Assembly: GCA_013265495.1 (NCBI GenBank) | Contig: MU058059.1 | Location: forward strand, 3,883,502-3,947,501 | DNA: 64,000 nucleotides | Direction of reading: 5' to 3' | From: Vicugna vicugna | Lineage: Eukaryota | Part shown: piece by piece, positions 63,600 to 64,000 of the stretch | Layout of the letters: each line of letters opens with the position of its first letter | Position numbering within the stretch: the stretch's first letter is position 1 | The notes under the pieces: model-generated | Database searches by the model: none | What the model was told of the DNA's origin: nothing | The model's input: the letters and a program-made list of their open reading frames with translations, nothing else | Position numbers and translations under genes: made by a program

Positions 63600-64000
63600 A
63601 TGAACCCGCGCTGTTCCGGCCACGGATCACAGCGCTGACAGGGAGGCGGGAAAGCGAGGCTCCACCTGGGCGGGGCTTTCGGTCCTTCGGACTCCCGGCC
63701 GATTTGCTGCTGGTTAGAACAGTGCCAGACACTCAATAAATATTAAACAAATCTGTGCTCAATGAACGCACCACCTCCAGTACCCACTGCGCCTGCGCCA
63801 GGAGCCGCGCGTGCGGCGAGCCTGGCGCTCTGCGCCTGCGCAGTCTCTGCCCACGCGGCGCCCGCGAGCGCCCGGTCCCGCTTCGCCACACAAGGTTTGA
63901 GCCCTGCGAGCCCCGGTGGCTCGGCGGCGGCGCCGTCCCGGCCTCCTCGTCGGCGTGCCCCCGCTCACTCGCGGGCTCTCGGCTTTCACGTCAGGGGCGC
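63600..64000. promoter_or_regulatory. Start of a CpG-island promoter of the next gene (probably NAPG, by synteny only)
   Basis: CpG-dense, with a GC box GGGCGGGGC near 63668, NRF1-type TGCGCCTGCGC(A) at 63788-63798 and 63831-63842, and TCACGTCA near the end. No coding sequence is in the window. Confidence 0.7.

Noticed and set aside
1..64000. CRISPR arrays, operons or other novel multi-gene systems
   Set aside because: The DNA is intron-containing mammalian sequence. I saw no repeat-spacer arrays or clusters of unexplained credible ORFs.

Overview
This is mammalian (eukaryotic) genomic DNA, most likely from a camelid (camel, alpaca or llama), judged from a Vic-1-like tRNA-derived SINE. It contains one complete protein-coding gene, APCDD1 (a membrane-bound Wnt inhibitor), on the + strand. 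Five coding exons (13397-13454, 22910-23093, 25764-26295, 37452-37773, 39209-39660) join through GT-AG introns into a 1548-nt frame encoding 515 aa. The gene has a CpG-island promoter and a likely 3' UTR ending near AATAAA at 41105. The window ends inside a second CpG-island promoter with NRF1, GC-box and CRE-like motifs, probably NAPG by recalled human synteny, although none of its coding sequence is present. The rest is intronic or intergenic DNA with L1 fragments of several ages (some with visible target-site duplications), ERV1-type and MaLR LTRs, a Tigger2-like DNA transposon, MIR/L2 remnants, microsatellites and one 15-N gap. I found no evidence of a new biological system, and nearly all ORFs in the supplied track are chance GC-rich frames. 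The points most worth checking are in-frame upstream ATGs ahead of the signal peptide, a 16-bp GC-box tandem repeat at the promoter, a young L1 whose junction forms a TCF/LEF motif, a GPI-signal-like C-terminus, and nested or twin-primed transposon structures. Comparisons with human sequences and repeat consensuses are from memory, not from searches.
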